From Tubiluchus corallicola (lineage: Eukaryota; Animalia; Priapulida), in assembly GCA_030141605.1 (NCBI GenBank), contig JAQGDQ010000065.1:248001-312000 (forward strand): a stretch of DNA of 64,000 nt, given 5' to 3'. Shown piece by piece: positions 40,415 through 51,324 of the stretch. Position numbers and translations under genes: made by a program. Position 1 is the stretch's first letter; the number at the start of each line of letters is the position of its first letter. Under the pieces are notes generated by a model, which was given only the letters and a program-made list of their open reading frames with translations, was not told where the DNA came from and made no database searches.

Positions 40415-43400
40415 CATTTTTGTATATTGTGTGCTGGTTTCTTCCAAATAAATTTGTCTTAACATTTACTCTTAATTGTTATTTGTTAACTTGTGCGTTA
40501 CTATTCAAGAACAACTTGCTTTTCAGTTTATTCTATTGTTACCTGTTCAATGTCGCTCCACACATGGAAAATCCAGAATGATTATATTGTGTTAGCACAG
40601 TAAACTCGATTTACCGGGATTGTCGCGTATTAACTTCTACTGCGTAATAATGCAGTTGCCATGCCCAGTGCATGTCGTTACACAATACACGTCATCGATC
40701 ATGTTGACTTGCTGGATCTCCGCTAGGCACATTACCACAAAGGCGAATTCCCCCATAGGGTTACAGTTATACACTCATGTGTCAAACCTTTATTAAATTA
40801 TACTCCATTAATGAGCATTTTGATGTTTCACCTAATGCATGGCTGGCGACAGCATGACCAACTGGTTTCGCGCTTTCCAGAAATAAAAGGTAGGATCTGA
40901 TTCTGCTCCTTGCACTCAGCCAGAGAGAAGCAATGGCTCAAATAAAGCGAATCTTTGAAATACCTCAATTGGAATTTACGGGAGTAGTTACTAGTTAAGA
41001 CAGAAATCGTCACCGAATTGCAATAAAAAAATTAACGTAAAAATTACACACAGAAGTCAAACCCATATTTTTTTTACAAATATGCCGCTGCCAGGAACAC
41101 TAGAACTACTAATATGGACTTCAGAGTTCAGATGTGATACAGTTCTTTTAATCATGACTTAAAAAATCTTCACTCAAAAGACTAAAAATCTTTTAAAAAG
41201 GCTAAAAACGTTGATAAAAATAACGAAAAACGTGTACAGCGTTTGGTGCCATTTAAGGCATGGAAATGTAAACGATAGACTGTGGAAACAAAAATGCCAA
41301 TGAAAAAACAGAAAAGAAGGGATAGGCTGAAAAAAGTCAGGAATATTTTTAATCCTGGTGTAATATTCACCAATTGAGTTAAATTTTCACAAAACTTTTC
41401 CACTGAGTTTTTTACTTAGGAAGTTATCATTAAATTTGATTCAAGAGATGAAAGAATATATACAAGGCGTCTCAGAAGTCACTATGCACTTTACACTTTC
41501 TGTGTTAAAAAACAAACAAAGTAAAATGTTTGAAAGTGGGTGTAAAAGAAGTAAATTAAACGAAATGAAGCTAGTCATACTAGACAAAAATCTGAAAAGA
41601 ATTACTGCATTAGTAGGATTTGCTATTTTCGCTACCTTCTTGAAGGACCTCAAGAGTTTCAGAAATCAATCCAATGGAAGGCAAATATCTTACACTGAGA
41701 AAGTCTCCTACGGGCCATAAGTAGTGAGAAAGCGCAGCAAGGGCTGCGTCTTCTTGAAAACTACAATGTTCATCGTGAGAGAATAAGGCATTCCTAATGA
41801 ATGTTTTGCATTTCTACTGAACTTTGGTTGATGATCAAAGGAACTCTTGTCAGGCTCATTTTGAACCTGATTTCTAACATCACTGTAATTACATTAGCAA
41901 TGGGGTTCCAGTCAAAAAATGAATAAAAAGAATTGCCTAAGGCATCTTTTGATGCGTGTAAAGCTTGCTGAGACTGAAGAAAAATTTAAAAAGAAAATTA
42001 GAAATCAAAGCATATACTGAGTTACTGACTTTTGAGACACCTATATTTTAATACCAAAGATAGTTGAAAAATATCTTTGAAAGAAGTGTTGTAACGACTA
42101 AAAGTAGTGTTATATTTGACCTGAGAAAAGGTAAGTGAAGGAAAATGCAATCCTACACAATATAGTCATGTCAGTAATGATGTTGCTGAAAACTTTACCC
42201 AACGAAAAGATGATATGAAGGTTCAAAATGAAAAGAACTACCGAAATTACCAAACAAGCAAACTGTTATTTACTATCAGTGTTGTGAAATGCTGAAAAGT
42301 TTATGTGAATTTCTCATATGTAGTATATTGGTAAATCGGTTTGTGCAAGTGCCAAAGAATAGTTTTTGTGAAGACAGTGTATAAATTGAAAAAGGCCAAA
42401 ATGCTGTTTAAGTCTAAAAAAATTCTTAATTTTTCTTCAAGGTTTTGTTGTGTTATGACATGGCAAGTCTCAGAAAAGCACTATCTTTTTTAAACTGAAA
42501 AAATTCATAAATAAAATTATCATACCTTTCATTTATTTGTTAAGCACTTTTAGTTAGCATATACAAAGTGGCATCAAATCTAGATGCAGTGACAATAATT
42601 ATGAACCTTATAAATTTATTACACAACTTTGCTAATACTTAACATATACCCATGGGGTTCATTATTATTCGTTATTCGTTAACCATTCATTGTTATTCAA
42701 ATAGAGGCATGATGCAATAATTGTTGATCACTACGTCGTTAAATCACCTAAATCTTCAAGAGAACCTTTCATACTGAAATAGGTTCAATTTGGCAGAATA
42801 AGTTGTACTTAATTTTTGTCGACGTCCAATAAAATAATAGAACTAGCCAAGGTGAAGTACAAGTGTTTAAACAATTTATATGAATTTGCTTGTGAAATAG
42901 TTTCCTATCAAACTACTAGAGGAAAAACGTGGGATTTTTAAAAGTACCTGTTGAGAAAGTAGCAAAAATATCAGCTTAGTTTACCAATGGCAATTATAAT
43001 ACATGTTGGCTCGTGACAAAAATACTTACTTAAAAGTAATTTACCAATAAATAGAACAAGTGCAAACTGTTGTAATGACGAAATCTTATGAAACCATTAC
43101 ATATTAGAAATGCATACTAGGTTAAATTCTCCAGGATAGAGTGGCTTTGTTGATTCAACAGGCTGATGGACAGGTACACTTAACATTGCAACACCTGATT
43201 CTAGTTCTTGTTAGGATAATCAGCCAACTCCAACTATGGATAAATTCCTGGCAAGTTTATTTTATAAAATTTGTCTCCTTTCGTTTCTCTGAGGTCTTAC
43301 TAAAATCACAATGTAACTGTAAAATCACCACCATTGACTAAATTAAAAATAATTTCATCAAAATCTTAAATGACATATCTGACTACACAGGTGCTATGTT

Positions 43401-46400
43401 AGCTCACGGTGATATCACAAAAGATATAGTTTTGGGCTGGATTGACCTCATTCAAATCTAAGCAAGAGTTTGTATTACTTTCACAAACTGAATTAGAATA
43501 GCCACTGCTCTTTGAATGGATGAACATCTTTTGCACAGGCATTATGAACACTTATTTAAGCCAAATAAATGACTTCAAAGTTCTACACAAAACACCATTA
43601 AAACAAAGCGAAACTTATTCTTTACACGAAAGCTAACTGCTGTAATCCATGTAATTTGTGAAGCAACTTAGTGCATTAGAAGTTGCTTACTACTTGTAAC
43701 AGGCTTGACAAATGTTGTCATTGTCACTGCAGTACACAATTTGGTCATACAATATCTAATATTTCTCAGTCAAAACTAAATCTTAGAACTTTCTATACAT
43801 TGTTATATCATGCAAAACAGTAACCTACACAAGCATATGTGAATTCTTTCTTTTTCAGACGTATTTAAATAAAATAACTGCATAATCACAGTTAACATGT
43901 ATATGAATAACTATTTATGAATAATGTAGTGCTGGATGAACAATGTAGAAAAAATTTTTACCGGGTGGCATGGATTTTTCATCACAAAGAATACACTGGT
44001 GTTTACTAATCCCTTATCAGGTAACTTATCTATGTGGTAGAAGATAGTAAACTCTCCACTGTTTTTGTAATAACATTGATACTGTGACAACAGACCAAGA
44101 AGTTTAGTTGTTCATACCTGTTGGTTTACATTGATATATCCCTGTCCACTAGTCAGAAGGATTTGGACAATATCCAGATAGCCATTCCATGCTGCTAGAT
44201 GCAGTGGGGATGAACCTTGATTGTCAGCAATGTTAACCAAACAGTCATGCTGCAGTAAGATTGCAACTACACCCCTGTAAAAAGAATAGCATGAAAAATG
44301 TTCCAGCTCCAGTGGAAATAACATAAACAGTATAATTGCCAGATACATGGCATCATTAAGTTGAAAAATGAAAAATGAGCAAGTAAATGGCACATAATAA
44401 AAGGAGCAAGACTGTGACCAACTTATTGTGCTATATAACACAAATTCAGTTCAGTTAATCATACAAAATGTTAGTTATACTTAGCAATGTACGAATAAAT
44501 ATTTCTTGCATAACTTCAATTTTTCAATGAGGTAGCCCAGTGAGCTGGACAACACTCAAAATATAAATCAGAAATGCTCTACAAGCTAGTTTGCTAACAT
44601 ATACAGCACTAAGTAAACTTATTTTTATATAGTTTCTTTAATAAAACGAAAGATATCAAATCAAAGATAAAACCAAGATTTTTCCAAAGATACAAAACTT
44701 TTAAAACAAAAAGTCAAAAAGCCAATGCTGGATGAAATTTTTTGTGTCACTATTGTTAAAATTTACAAGTGCTTTATATGTAGGATTTTCACTGCAAATT
44801 AAACGACAATAAGCTTTCTGAGCGTTGATATAGTTATACACTTCTTTATGAGGTACTTGATCCCAGCACTCAACAATTTTTGTCTTTATTTCCTTTGAAT
44901 CAAATGACTCTGTGCAGCTATCTACACTTTCCCTTTAAGGAAATTTCAGATACCACAGTCTAGAGGATCAAATCCAGTTTTTTTATTAGCAGCAAATCTT
45001 TATCAGTGGTTTATTTTCTGAGGTTAAGACCATGCTATAAACTGGTTATTTCTTTAGTGTTTTGCTCCTACTTGACTAAGTGTTTCATTAAGTTTTATAC
45101 ATCAGCTTCAATTGATGCTTAGCTGACATTAATTCAGCATTTAAATTTTTAGCGTGCAGAAGTTTTTTGATCATAACGTAAAAAATGCCAAAACACTAAA
45201 CTTGTAACTTTGGCAGCCAAAAGTTATATTGTAATATCATGTGTGAAAATTTCAATTTTGTGAGGTATTTGCTTTTAATATTAGGGGCCATCCAATTATA
45301 ACCTTATCAAGTTTTTGGCCGATTTGGAGGACCTACCTACCTTGCATAATAATGGCATTATCACATGCCCCACCACCTACCTCCCCCTTATATTGATGTT
45401 GATATCACAACAATGTAGATTTTTGCACTAAGTAGTGTGCAAATTCACAACTGGTACGTATCTGGGGAAAGTTATTGTGTGTTATTTTTAGCTATGGTGG
45501 TGATTGAAGAAGTTTATCCTGAAACGCAGTGAATCGAGATTTCACGTGTGAAAAAAGTGTGGTCAGATAATGACATCATGGTTAAATCATCTACCTACCT
45601 TGCGTTACAATGGTATTATGATGTCTCCTGCCCACCTACCTACCTTAATCTTGAAATCATTATATGTGGATGGCCCTTTATTGTAGTCTAAACTTCGGCA
45701 CATTTTTTAAACGCTACCCAAAATAAATCCTGCAGTTCAAGCAGAAAATGAACAACTTTAGATAAACCTCACTTACTTGTGTCCATTTAATGCTGCATGG
45801 TGGAGAGGAGTATAACCATTTGCATCTTGACAGTTAGCTCCCTTCCTCAGTAAACTTTCAATTAAAAATACAAAAATTGTTTTAAATAATATAATGCAGC
45901 TCATAAATATAGTTACATAAACATAACACAATTCAGTTTACAAAGTGGAATCCTTAGTGGTCCAAATGCTGCCACATAGCTAATAATTCTATGTAATCAA
46001 TTTGCAAACTGTTTCTTACTTTGCATTAATAATGAGACCATGAATAACATTCTTCTCAGTATGCATTAGTATGTTGTACATAATGGCAAGTAAATATTGC
46101 TATTCGTGTTATTCTACATGAATAGTTGTTACGTACAGCAATAAACACCATAAACAAATATCATTTTTTAAAAAGTGAGTTTATCGGGTAACTTTTGAAT
46201 CATAGATTTTCAAAATGAATGTGGTAGTACGAAATAATTCTCTTAGCTTAGGTAAGTAAACATTTTTCTCTGATCAAAAACTCAGTAATTTTTGAAAAGA
46301 ATATATGGCAGAGCTCTAGGCATATACCACAGATTTAATTTTTCTACAGAATTAGTGCAAGATGAGCTTACAAAAAGTTTTTAAAATATAAACGTCAAAC

Positions 46401-49400
46401 TAAAAAACAAAAAAATTATTTTTGACAGTAACAAATGCCTAATAAAATTATCCAGAAATAAACAATAATGTCAGGAAGGAAAAGAGAAAACCTATAAACA
46501 GATGGGCAGCATAAACATGCTTAAACTCACTTTATTTCAAGTTAATGTACATGTATACACTGAACAGAATGTTAATCAGGACTGTTGATCAATAATGGCA
46601 TCATAGCATGGCTACATGTCAATACAAAGCAAATGAGGGCATATAAACTCAGTTAAACTGCAACCACATTCATCAAAATTGCAGATGTTAATTGTTTTGC
46701 AGGACTTCCCATTTAAAATTACACAATACATTTTCTGAGAGAAATATTCAAAGCTTATTAGTGTACAACAATGAGAACACAATAGTTAATTAAGATGTTT
46801 GGAAGTTGTAAATCGATTTTGAGGTAGCCTCTATTAAATTAGCTCATGCTTTAACTGTACCCTTAACCTACATGTTTTCACATAGTAGATGCAACTGCAA
46901 TGAATCATGTGTGTATGTAAACGTGACACTGGGGCATTTGGGCAAAATTAGCAGCGTTTTAGGTTCCCCAAGGTCGAATTGATGATTTCGTTTTGAGATG
47001 GCAATTTTAAAAACTGCGGTCATTTTTTAAATAAAATTAACAAAAATGAATTCTTTAGGTCCAACTTCCCTGGAATAGATGTCATAATCATCTCTTAATG
47101 TTACCTTTCTTGGCATTTCTTTTGATTTATACTGTTTGCGCAAAAGTTTAATTGGTAGTTTTTTGCATTTTTAATCCTTTTCTGCTAATTTTTCAAGCTG
47201 GCAACAATTTTTTTGGATTAAGCACAGTGAAATTGATAAGATTGGCTATGTTGCCCACTTTTAGAAAAAACCGGCGCTATTACACTTTCGCACCGCCTAG
47301 CTTTTCCTGGCCTATTGGTTCTTTTCACGCCTGCAGGCCAGAAAGCAGACCAACAGGCGTAATATACACCATATTCCCATAATATTATTGCTTTTTACGC
47401 TTTATAATTCCAGATTAAAATCATACATTACTTACCGCCGGCATTACGCAAAAAGCTCCACGTGCATAACTGTGTTTACACCACTAATGCGCAATCGCTC
47501 TCGCGCAGTGACGGAGTGGCCCTTAACATGTATTTTTAGTTTCTTCGCATAATTTATGATTATTAGGGTTGCAGCCACGGGAGTTTGTATCGTATCACAG
47601 GAAATTATTTTAGACCACATCAGTTATTTATCATTAATTTTATTTATTACTGTAGTATTATTACTATTAGATTATAAAAAAGTAAAGGTTTTTTCTTTAT
47701 TTCGTAAAGGCGGTGAAGATGAAAGTGTGTCAGACTTATTGTTTCAAACTCAATGTTTCATACTCAAATGTCACATACTCAAATTTCACTACATATTTTG
47801 TTTGCCCCACTTTTTTGCACTAGCTCTTGCATTTCATAGTATTTTATCATTACGCTTAACATAATTTGATACGGTTGCATATCTTTGTTTCATTATATTT
47901 TGTTTGAGTTGATCATGCATATTTTGTTTCATTCACTGATTTATTATTCATGTTTTTTTTGGTCTGACTTGTTTCTAGTTTTTATGTTTTAATTGATTAG
48001 TTAAATGCTCTACATTTTGTTAATCATCATTTCATATTTTTCATTTTATTTCTTTGTTGCATAGTTTATTTAGTTATTTCGCTTTCATGTTTAATGTATT
48101 CCCCCATAAATTCATCTTAACAGCAGCACTACAAATTTTTTTAAAATCTACACTAACCTGAGAAGGGTAGCTGACTCGATGACCAATTGGTCTTTCGCTA
48201 CCCTTTCTCCTGCACCCCCCTAATCTCTTTCCTTTATGTTTAATTTATCCTTTTTAATCAATAACTATAAAAATAATAGTGAATTTGTATACTATGGTGT
48301 AAATGAGGAGATAAATAAAAATGTCTATGTCTATGTCTATGTGTCACGTGCTTTTAAGCTAGGCCCTGATAATGTATAAACTAGTACGAAATTCGTCACG
48401 TGACTACACACATAAACAAGATGGCGATACGCCCTGTACAGGTGGTGTAGAACTGTGAATACAGCGTAATCATTGGTAATTATACCTAAATATATAATTA
48501 AATTATAATTAGATTAGCGGAAACATTCACAGATGACGTAAGCATAATAGAATGATGACGTACGAGCCTAAAAACGAGTAATAACCTAGAAAAAGCTAGC
48601 CGGTGCGAAAGTGTAATAGCGCCAAAAAACCTAACCATAGAAGTTACAAGTTTGTGCGAACCACTGCTGGTCATTTTGTTTACATTATACTTCTCTAAAT
48701 GGCTGTTTAAAATGTAAATATGATAGGGTAGCAAATAAAAAAATTTATTTTGATAAACATGAAAACTAATTTGAGTCGCACGTAAAATAATGGTACTTGT
48801 TGGTCGGCAACCGGAAACAAATAAACATTTTCTCAAGGCCTTATAGACGATCAGTTTACATCTGATGATCCATATCCATATCCATATCCAAGGTTTCAGG
48901 GCAGAGGTAGATAGATGGATTACCTGTAATGCCTGTTTTCTACTGGCGTGTGTGTGTATGGTACAAGGAATTTTTTGTGACTCCACTCACATTCCAAATT
49001 TTTTTGTCCACATTTTTTTATTCCAATATTTATCCGATGCTTTACAAAAAGGTAATGCGATAAGCGTTAAGCGATTTATGCGAAAGGCTTAAATTCTTAA
49101 CTGTACTATTGAAACTCTAAATAACTGTCTATTTTACTTACTTAGATATTAAAGTTATGCTGCTATGATCCAGAGTATGCATTACTTGTAATGTCTGTTC
49201 TCTACTCGCATGTGTGCGGTTTTTTTGTACAATGATAATTGGTTTAAAATTCTACTTATGTTGCTTATACCATCCCAGGAATTGCAATATATCTAGCAAA
49301 CCTGAACACCTTTAGTTTACCGCTAACATTTTGCCATCACACCTGATTATTGTATCTGTACAAAATAAGCTTGAATTGAAAATTACGTCACTCACCTTCC

Positions 49401-49502
49401 TAAACCAAGTGGTCCACTGCGTTTGCGATTACTTAATATTTTTTCAACAATCATTACATTGCCACTCCTAGATGCTTCTAACAAATCTTGATCTTTTCCC
49501 AT
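4954..49502 (-). CDS. ANKS1: Ankyrin repeat, SAM and PTB domain adaptor (ANKS1A/ANKS1B, Odin/AIDA-1 orthologue); whole spliced CDS, 22 exons, 1528 aa
   Basis: Exon chain joined with GT-AG sites and matching phases sums to 4587 nt. N-terminus [21 protein letters not shown], ankyrin TPLH motifs, [21 protein letters not shown], two SAM domains ending [13 protein letters not shown], and PTB (YLGS..., [41 protein letters not shown]) are recognisable ANKS1 hallmarks. Confidence 0.95.
5358..5501 (-). CDS. ANKS1: ANKS1 exon 21 (PTB; [12 protein letters not shown]...YCHVF)
   Basis: Conserved PTB motifs; CCAG and GTAAG sites. Confidence 0.93.
5990..6480. mobile_element. Decayed MITE remnant(s)
   Basis: Inverted CGGTTTGCCGGAT (6066) / ATCCAGCAAACCG (6441) and similarity to the 7999-8878 element. 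Confidence 0.35.
6695..6781 (-). CDS. ANKS1: ANKS1 exon 20 (PTB; [14 protein letters not shown])
   Basis: 87 nt, phase 0-0; GCAG and GTATG sites. Confidence 0.92.
7100..7171 (-). CDS. ANKS1: ANKS1 exon 19 (PTB; [24 protein letters not shown])
   Basis: PTB YLGS motif; CCAG and GTAAG sites. Confidence 0.92.
7999..8878. mobile_element. Tigger/pogo-like MITE
   Basis: TA|CAGTAG ... CTACTG|TA ends; internal segment (GCTGCTCCT...ATAACTCCACATAATT) also present at about 6207-6275. Confidence 0.55.
9821..10000 (-). CDS. ANKS1: ANKS1 exon 18 (IRPP...[19 protein letters not shown], start of PTB)
   Basis: Matches the ANKS1 WxHxPExLI motif; phase 0-0. Confidence 0.9.
10138..10216. repeat. Perfect 39-bp tandem duplication
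   Basis: TGCTAGCAAACTTTGATTTTAGTCAATAAAAACAAGTAC x2. Confidence 0.95.
10933..11106 (-). CDS. ANKS1: ANKS1 exon 17 (linker; possibly a cassette exon)
   Basis: 174 nt, phase 0-0, open frame, AAG acceptor and GTAAGT donor. Confidence 0.72.
11683..11811 (-). CDS. ANKS1: ANKS1 exon 16 ([20 protein letters not shown])
   Basis: ANKS1 SAM2 C-terminal helix with its NLS-like HRKR; GTAAGT donor. Confidence 0.93.
12079..12330 (-). CDS. ANKS1: ANKS1 exon 15 (end of SAM1, SAM2)
   Basis: [11 protein letters not shown] and [11 protein letters not shown]...ANGF SAM motifs; phase 0-0. Confidence 0.93.
12831..12908. repeat. (AT)n-rich microsatellite
   Basis: Directly visible; abuts the LINE fragment. Confidence 0.9.
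12925..13900 (+). mobile_element. Degenerate non-LTR retrotransposon reverse transcriptase fragment (RTE-X-like)
   Basis: Interrupted motifs [56 protein letters not shown] with stops and frameshifts. Confidence 0.85.
14400..14567. repeat. Degenerate (AT)n low-complexity tract
   Basis: Directly visible. Confidence 0.9.
15243..15304. repeat. Compound (TA)n(CA)n microsatellite
   Basis: Directly visible. Confidence 0.9.
15885..15988 (-). CDS. ANKS1: ANKS1 exon 14 (start of SAM1; [21 protein letters not shown])
   Basis: SAM signature; TTTTAG and GTATGT sites. Confidence 0.92.
16323..16416 (-). CDS. ANKS1: ANKS1 exon 13 ([18 protein letters not shown]...)
   Basis: Conserved EWxxIxxIMxS motif spans the junction; phase 0-1. 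Confidence 0.88.
17926..19055 (-). CDS. ANKS1: ANKS1 exon 12 (large linker exon, 1130 nt)
   Basis: 388-aa ORF; polypyrimidine TTAG acceptor; ends [12 protein letters not shown]|GTAAG. Confidence 0.9.
20015..20252. repeat. Long imperfect inverted repeat (foldback MITE-like)
   Basis: Arms of about 80 bp: TACAAGCAA..AAATAAGATAAGAACAG..TAAACCAAATC..GAGTATTTA and its reverse complement. Confidence 0.85.
22141..22214 (-). mobile_element. tRNA(Ser/Leu)-derived SINE head or tRNA pseudogene
   Basis: A-box-like GAGTGGTTAAG and B-box-like GAGTTCTAATCTC with long-variable-arm spacing; no intact cloverleaf. Confidence 0.45.
23741..23981 (-). mobile_element. Penelope-like element GIY-YIG endonuclease remnant
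   Basis: Frameshifted GQxxxxFxxxFxEH ... SSAAAQH ... LLE..I ... REGG pattern keeps GIY-YIG spacing. Confidence 0.5.
24130..24264 (-). CDS. ANKS1: ANKS1 exon 11 (ends ENGPFAG)
   Basis: Phase 1-1; joins exon 12 to form the conserved PFAGLxHGS motif. Confidence 0.85.
24374..24420 (+). mobile_element. tRNA-derived SINE fragment (copy 1)
   Basis: B-box GGTTCAAGTCC; closely similar to 62675-62721. Confidence 0.55.
24847..25000 (-). CDS. ANKS1: ANKS1 exon 10 ([15 protein letters not shown]...)
   Basis: TTTTCAG and GTTTGT sites, phase 0-1, open frame. Confidence 0.8.
26098..26809 (-). CDS. ANKS1: ANKS1 exon 9 (disordered linker; [12 protein letters not shown])
   Basis: Inside 259-aa ORF; TTTGTAG acceptor, GTAAGC donor. 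Confidence 0.85.
27036..27147 (-). CDS. ANKS1: ANKS1 exon 8 (Ser-rich linker)
   Basis: Open frame; needed to bridge phase 1 (exon 7) to phase 2 (exon 9); CAG acceptor, GTTGGT donor. Confidence 0.75.
27988..28089 (-). CDS. ANKS1: ANKS1 exon 7 ([18 protein letters not shown]...ILDLIK)
   Basis: Phase 1-1; end of the ankyrin domain. Confidence 0.88.
28318..28839. repeat. Tandem array of about 4 x 131 bp
   Basis: ACTATAAAACTGCTG recurs at 28335, 28466, 28597 and 28728; units nearly identical. Confidence 0.95.
29381..29456 (-). CDS. ANKS1: ANKS1 exon 6 ([25 protein letters not shown])
   Basis: TCAG and GTAAG sites, ankyrin motif. Confidence 0.92.
30078..30299 (-). CDS. ANKS1: ANKS1 exon 5 (ankyrin; [24 protein letters not shown])
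   Basis: 222 nt, phase 0-0, inside ORF 30015..30407. Confidence 0.93.
31272..31346 (-). CDS. ANKS1: ANKS1 exon 4 ([25 protein letters not shown])
   Basis: 75-nt phase-0 ankyrin exon, CAG and GT sites. Confidence 0.92.
40352..40412. repeat. (CT)n microsatellite preceded by poly-C
   Basis: Directly visible. Confidence 0.95.
41461..42045 (+). mobile_element. Degenerate Tc1/mariner deletion derivative
   Basis: TA-flanked imperfect TIRs (CAAGGCGTCTCAGAAGTCA / TGACTTTTGAGACACCTA); interior has a possible decayed transposase-like segment. Confidence 0.6.
44118..44274 (-). CDS. ANKS1: ANKS1 exon 3 (ankyrin; [12 protein letters not shown])
   Basis: TTACAG acceptor, GTATG donor; inside ORF 44112..44441. 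Confidence 0.92.
45284..45677. mobile_element. PIF/Harbinger-type MITE
   Basis: TIR GGGCCATCCA / TGGATGGCCC, TTA flanking both sides, internal ACCTACCTACC repeats. Confidence 0.75.
45777..45854 (-). CDS. ANKS1: ANKS1 exon 2 (ankyrin; [25 protein letters not shown])
   Basis: AG acceptor, GTAAGT donor, phase 2-2, ankyrin motif. Confidence 0.92.
47273..48623. mobile_element. Non-autonomous Merlin-like DNA transposon
   Basis: TIR GGCGCTATTACACTTTCGCACCG (23 bp perfect, 32/33 bp) and exact 8-bp TSD AAAAAACC on both sides; no transposase ORF. Confidence 0.85.
49396..49502 (-). CDS. ANKS1: ANKS1 exon 1 (start; [35 protein letters not shown])
   Basis: ATG at 49502; donor AG|GTGAGT; matches the ANKS1 N-terminus. 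Confidence 0.92.
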
Positions 49503-51180
49503 GGTTTGGAATCACAGAACTGTATCTACAAGGATTTTTTTGTTCTATCACGCAAAATTAACATTGTAAATTTAGTGAGGTTACTCGCCATGTTTTTACC
49601 TGTCATTACAGGAACAGAGCCACAGAACAATATAATTTTAAATTTAACAAGTATCGAAAGACCAGCTATAGATAACCGCAAGTTTTCGACCACTTTTTGT
49701 TATTTAAAAATGTAATTGTTTTTTACTTTGGACAAACTTACTTTATTTGCCTTTTATTTTTTCCGTTTTAAGTACGCACAAGTAAACAAAGAGCACGTGT
49801 AAAACTGTACAATCGTCAAGTGAAAACTGAAAGTTGAAATGCATATAATAATTTTACAAAAAATATTTTTATGAAACTGCAGTGCTTACAGTATTTGACA
49901 AGGAAGTAATCGACCAGCTGAATTTGTCTTTGTTAACTGGTGGACTGTCATTCAAACAGCAGATTAATGGTAGGCTTGTGCTTTTATCAGACCTACGTAT
50001 TCCGTGTAAGCTGCAGAGTACGCCATTAGCCGAAGTAGGACACTTCCGTTAAAACGCATGTGCTAAATTTGCGAAAAGCAATGTCGTACATGAGCAGCCC
50101 AAGTAGGACACTGACGATTTCTGTCCATAACCTATAATTATGACAATTAATAAAACATAAAACTAAATTTGTTTTAGAAAAAAAGTATCTTTATAATAAC
50201 GATGAATAGTCTTTGACAATTTACAAATGCATTTTTTTTACCATAATATCATCATTATTATTAACTCCATTAATATCATCATAACATTAAACTAAGTATC
50301 TAATGCTTTAAAGAGAGAAACTACGTAGGGCACATAGCTCTCTGGCCCGTTTACCTAGTGGAAAACAATTATTTGACCAAGACGTCACCTGTCTGTGACG
50401 CAAGACAAAATAAAAAGTGATACACCTTTCAAAAGCAAATGTTGGAATCTTCTAAAAAGCGGGCTTATTTCACTTCAAAAATTTTATATTGGCCGTTCTG
50501 CTAGCTCAGAATAAGATTCTTTTATTTTATCAGATGCATTATAATTAATAAATCATTCAACATGTATTGACGTTTTCAATTATTATTAAATAAGCAAGGA
50601 CAACTTACGCTGCCAGTATGGTTAAGGTTGGGCAGCCCATGTACGCCATTTGTCCTACTTCGGCTAGTGTCCTATTCCGCTCCCAACATACCGCACTTGC
50701 TCTAATGCACAGTGGGCGATTACTTATCTTAATGTTTACCTAGAAGTCATTATTCCTACTGCTCAGGTAGGACTATCTTTGCAGCTATTTTGAAACTTAA
50801 AGGGGTGATGTTATGGAGACTTATTGCGGCAACCATTTTGAGAACGTCGTCCATTTTAGATATGAAAATAACAATGAATTTAGTGTGTACCAGCTTCCTG
50901 GAATTCAAGTGTTATTATGCTAATTACCATATTTTTTGAGTGTAAGATGCCCTTGGTTATAAAAAATACTGTCAGTTGGAGTGTAAAACATATATAAGAT
51001 GCCCAGGAATATAAGACGCCTGAAATATAAGATGCATCGCAGTCCAGCAGCTAAGCTCGCTTTTGTACATTATAAAGGTATACTACCATCCTAGCTGTAC
51101 TTTCTTATGTTATAGTTTTTACCACTTTTTCTTCAGCAGTGTCTATACATTTTGCTGTTGACTCAAGTTGTCTTGGTCGC
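49503..51180. promoter_or_regulatory. Divergent (head-to-head) promoter region of ANKS1 and the uncharacterized gene
   Basis: Inferred from gene orientation; YY1-like CGCCATGTT near 49587, ETS-like ACTTCCG near 50042, GACGTCA at 50381. Confidence 0.5.
50926..51040 (+). mobile_element. Truncated pogo/Tc2-type MITE end
   Basis: TACCATATTTTTTGAGTGTAAGATGCC followed by three TATAAGA(T/C)GC repeats. Confidence 0.45.
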
Positions 51181-51235
51181 TATGCGTACAGTAAATGTTC
51201 TTACTCATTCTTACTCAGGTTATTATTTTATGCAG

Positions 51236-51324
51236 AGTAACAGTGATTGGGATAGCCCATCAGAGGCTGAAAATCTGGACTATGCAACAAATGCCAAAAA
51301 GCGGAACAACTTCATTTCATCCAA
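51236..51324 (+). CDS. Uncharacterized gene exon A ([16 protein letters not shown]...)
   Basis: TATGCAG acceptor, GTATGT donor. Confidence 0.7.
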
